In this document: piece by piece, positions 63,519-64,000 of the stretch
How positions within the stretch are numbered: position 1 is the stretch's first letter
How the letters are laid out: each line of letters starts with the position of its first letter
NCBI GenBank assembly: GCA_963776725.1
Contig: CAVZOE010000021.1
Location: 431,931-495,930 of the forward strand
Direction: 5' to 3'
Origin: an uncultured Candidatus Rokubacteria bacterium
GTDB taxonomy: Bacteria; Methylomirabilota; Methylomirabilia; Rokubacteriales; CSP1-6
DNA length: 64,000 bases
The notes under the pieces: generated by a model
The model's database searches: none
What the model was told of the DNA's origin: nothing
What the model saw: only the letters and a program-made list of their open reading frames with translations
Program-made: the position numbers and the translations under genes

Positions 63519-64000
63519 CGCCAGCGAGCCCCCGGGAGATAGTTCTCTCGCCACGCGTCGAACACAAGAAGCGCCCACAGCACCTTGCCATGGTTGCGTC
63601 GGCCACTGACGTGCTCGCTGACCAGGCGGGTCGTCGTGGCGGGCTCGAACAGGCCGACATCGGCCACGCGGTCGGGCCGAAGCCGCTCCTCGAGCAGGCC
63701 ACGGAGCGGCTCGCGCAGCCAGTGCGCGATGGGGACACCGAAGCCCTGCTTCCGCCGCGCCAGGATCTCCGGTGGCAGCAGGCCCCGCAGGGCCTCCTTG
63801 AGGATGTGCTTGGTTCTCCATCGGCGGACCTTCAAGCCGGCCGGGATCCGGCCCGCCAGCTCGACCATCGCATGGTCGAGAAACGGGGCGCGCACCTCGA
63901 GGCCGCAGGCCATGCTCGCTCGATCGACCTTCGGCAAGATCTGGCCGGCCAGGTAGAACTTGCAGTGCTGGTAGATCGCTCGCTCCATCGGGCTCCGGCC
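63515..64000 (-). CDS. asnB: Asparagine synthase (glutamine-hydrolysing) C-terminal part; the 5' end lies outside the window
   Basis: The C-terminus reads ..KFYLAGQILPKVDRASMACGLEVRAPFLDH.. Confidence 0.7.
   Translation of the reverse strand, partial: GRSPMERAIYQHCKFYLAGQILPKVDRASMACGLEVRAPFLDHAMVELAGRIPAGLKVRRWRTKHILKEALRGLLPPEILARRKQGFGVPIAHWLREPLRGLLEERLRPDRVADVGLFEPATTTRLVSEHVSGRRNHGKVLWALLVFDAWRENYLPGARWR

Overview
This is a roughly 70% GC bacterial chromosomal segment, gene-dense on both strands, with about 62 protein-coding genes. I found no rRNA, tRNA, CRISPR array, integrase or transposase.

The gene content looks like a metabolically versatile soil or sediment bacterium. F420-dependent LLM oxidoreductases, many twin-arginine (TAT) signals and many solute-binding proteins fit an Actinobacteria-, Chloroflexi- or Rokubacteria-like lineage, but the lineage cannot be assigned from sequence alone.

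Main contents:
- A candidate UGSC-motif selenoprotein with an in-frame UGA at 1372-1374, a SECIS-like hairpin, and a contiguous, possibly fused, uncharacterised ~420-aa protein.
- A compact sulfur-oxidation cluster on the minus strand: cytochrome c, fccB/soxF, soxX, soxY, soxZ, soxA, with no soxB or soxCD in the window.
- A cobalt-type nitrile hydratase operon (beta, alpha, then a ferredoxin-like domain fused to an accessory protein).
- A two-subunit molybdenum hydroxylase (IorAB/CoxSL-like).
- Three tandem paralogous TRAP solute-binding proteins, followed by a PF04392-type ABC solute-binding protein translationally coupled to a large Cache/HAMP/GAF sensor kinase.
- An OmpR-type two-component pair.
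- A MNT/HepT (type VII) toxin-antitoxin pair.
- An SNF2 helicase next to a SWIM zinc-finger protein.
- A Uma2 endonuclease.
- A 1318-aa secreted protein with about 11 tandem InlB-B-like Cys-containing repeats.
- Three MFS transporters, assorted hydrolases and two F420-dependent LLM oxidoreductases.

About 25 of the genes are interrupted by one or more frameshifts, concentrated in certain regions. This looks more like local sequence error than biological decay, but either way the gene models there need care.
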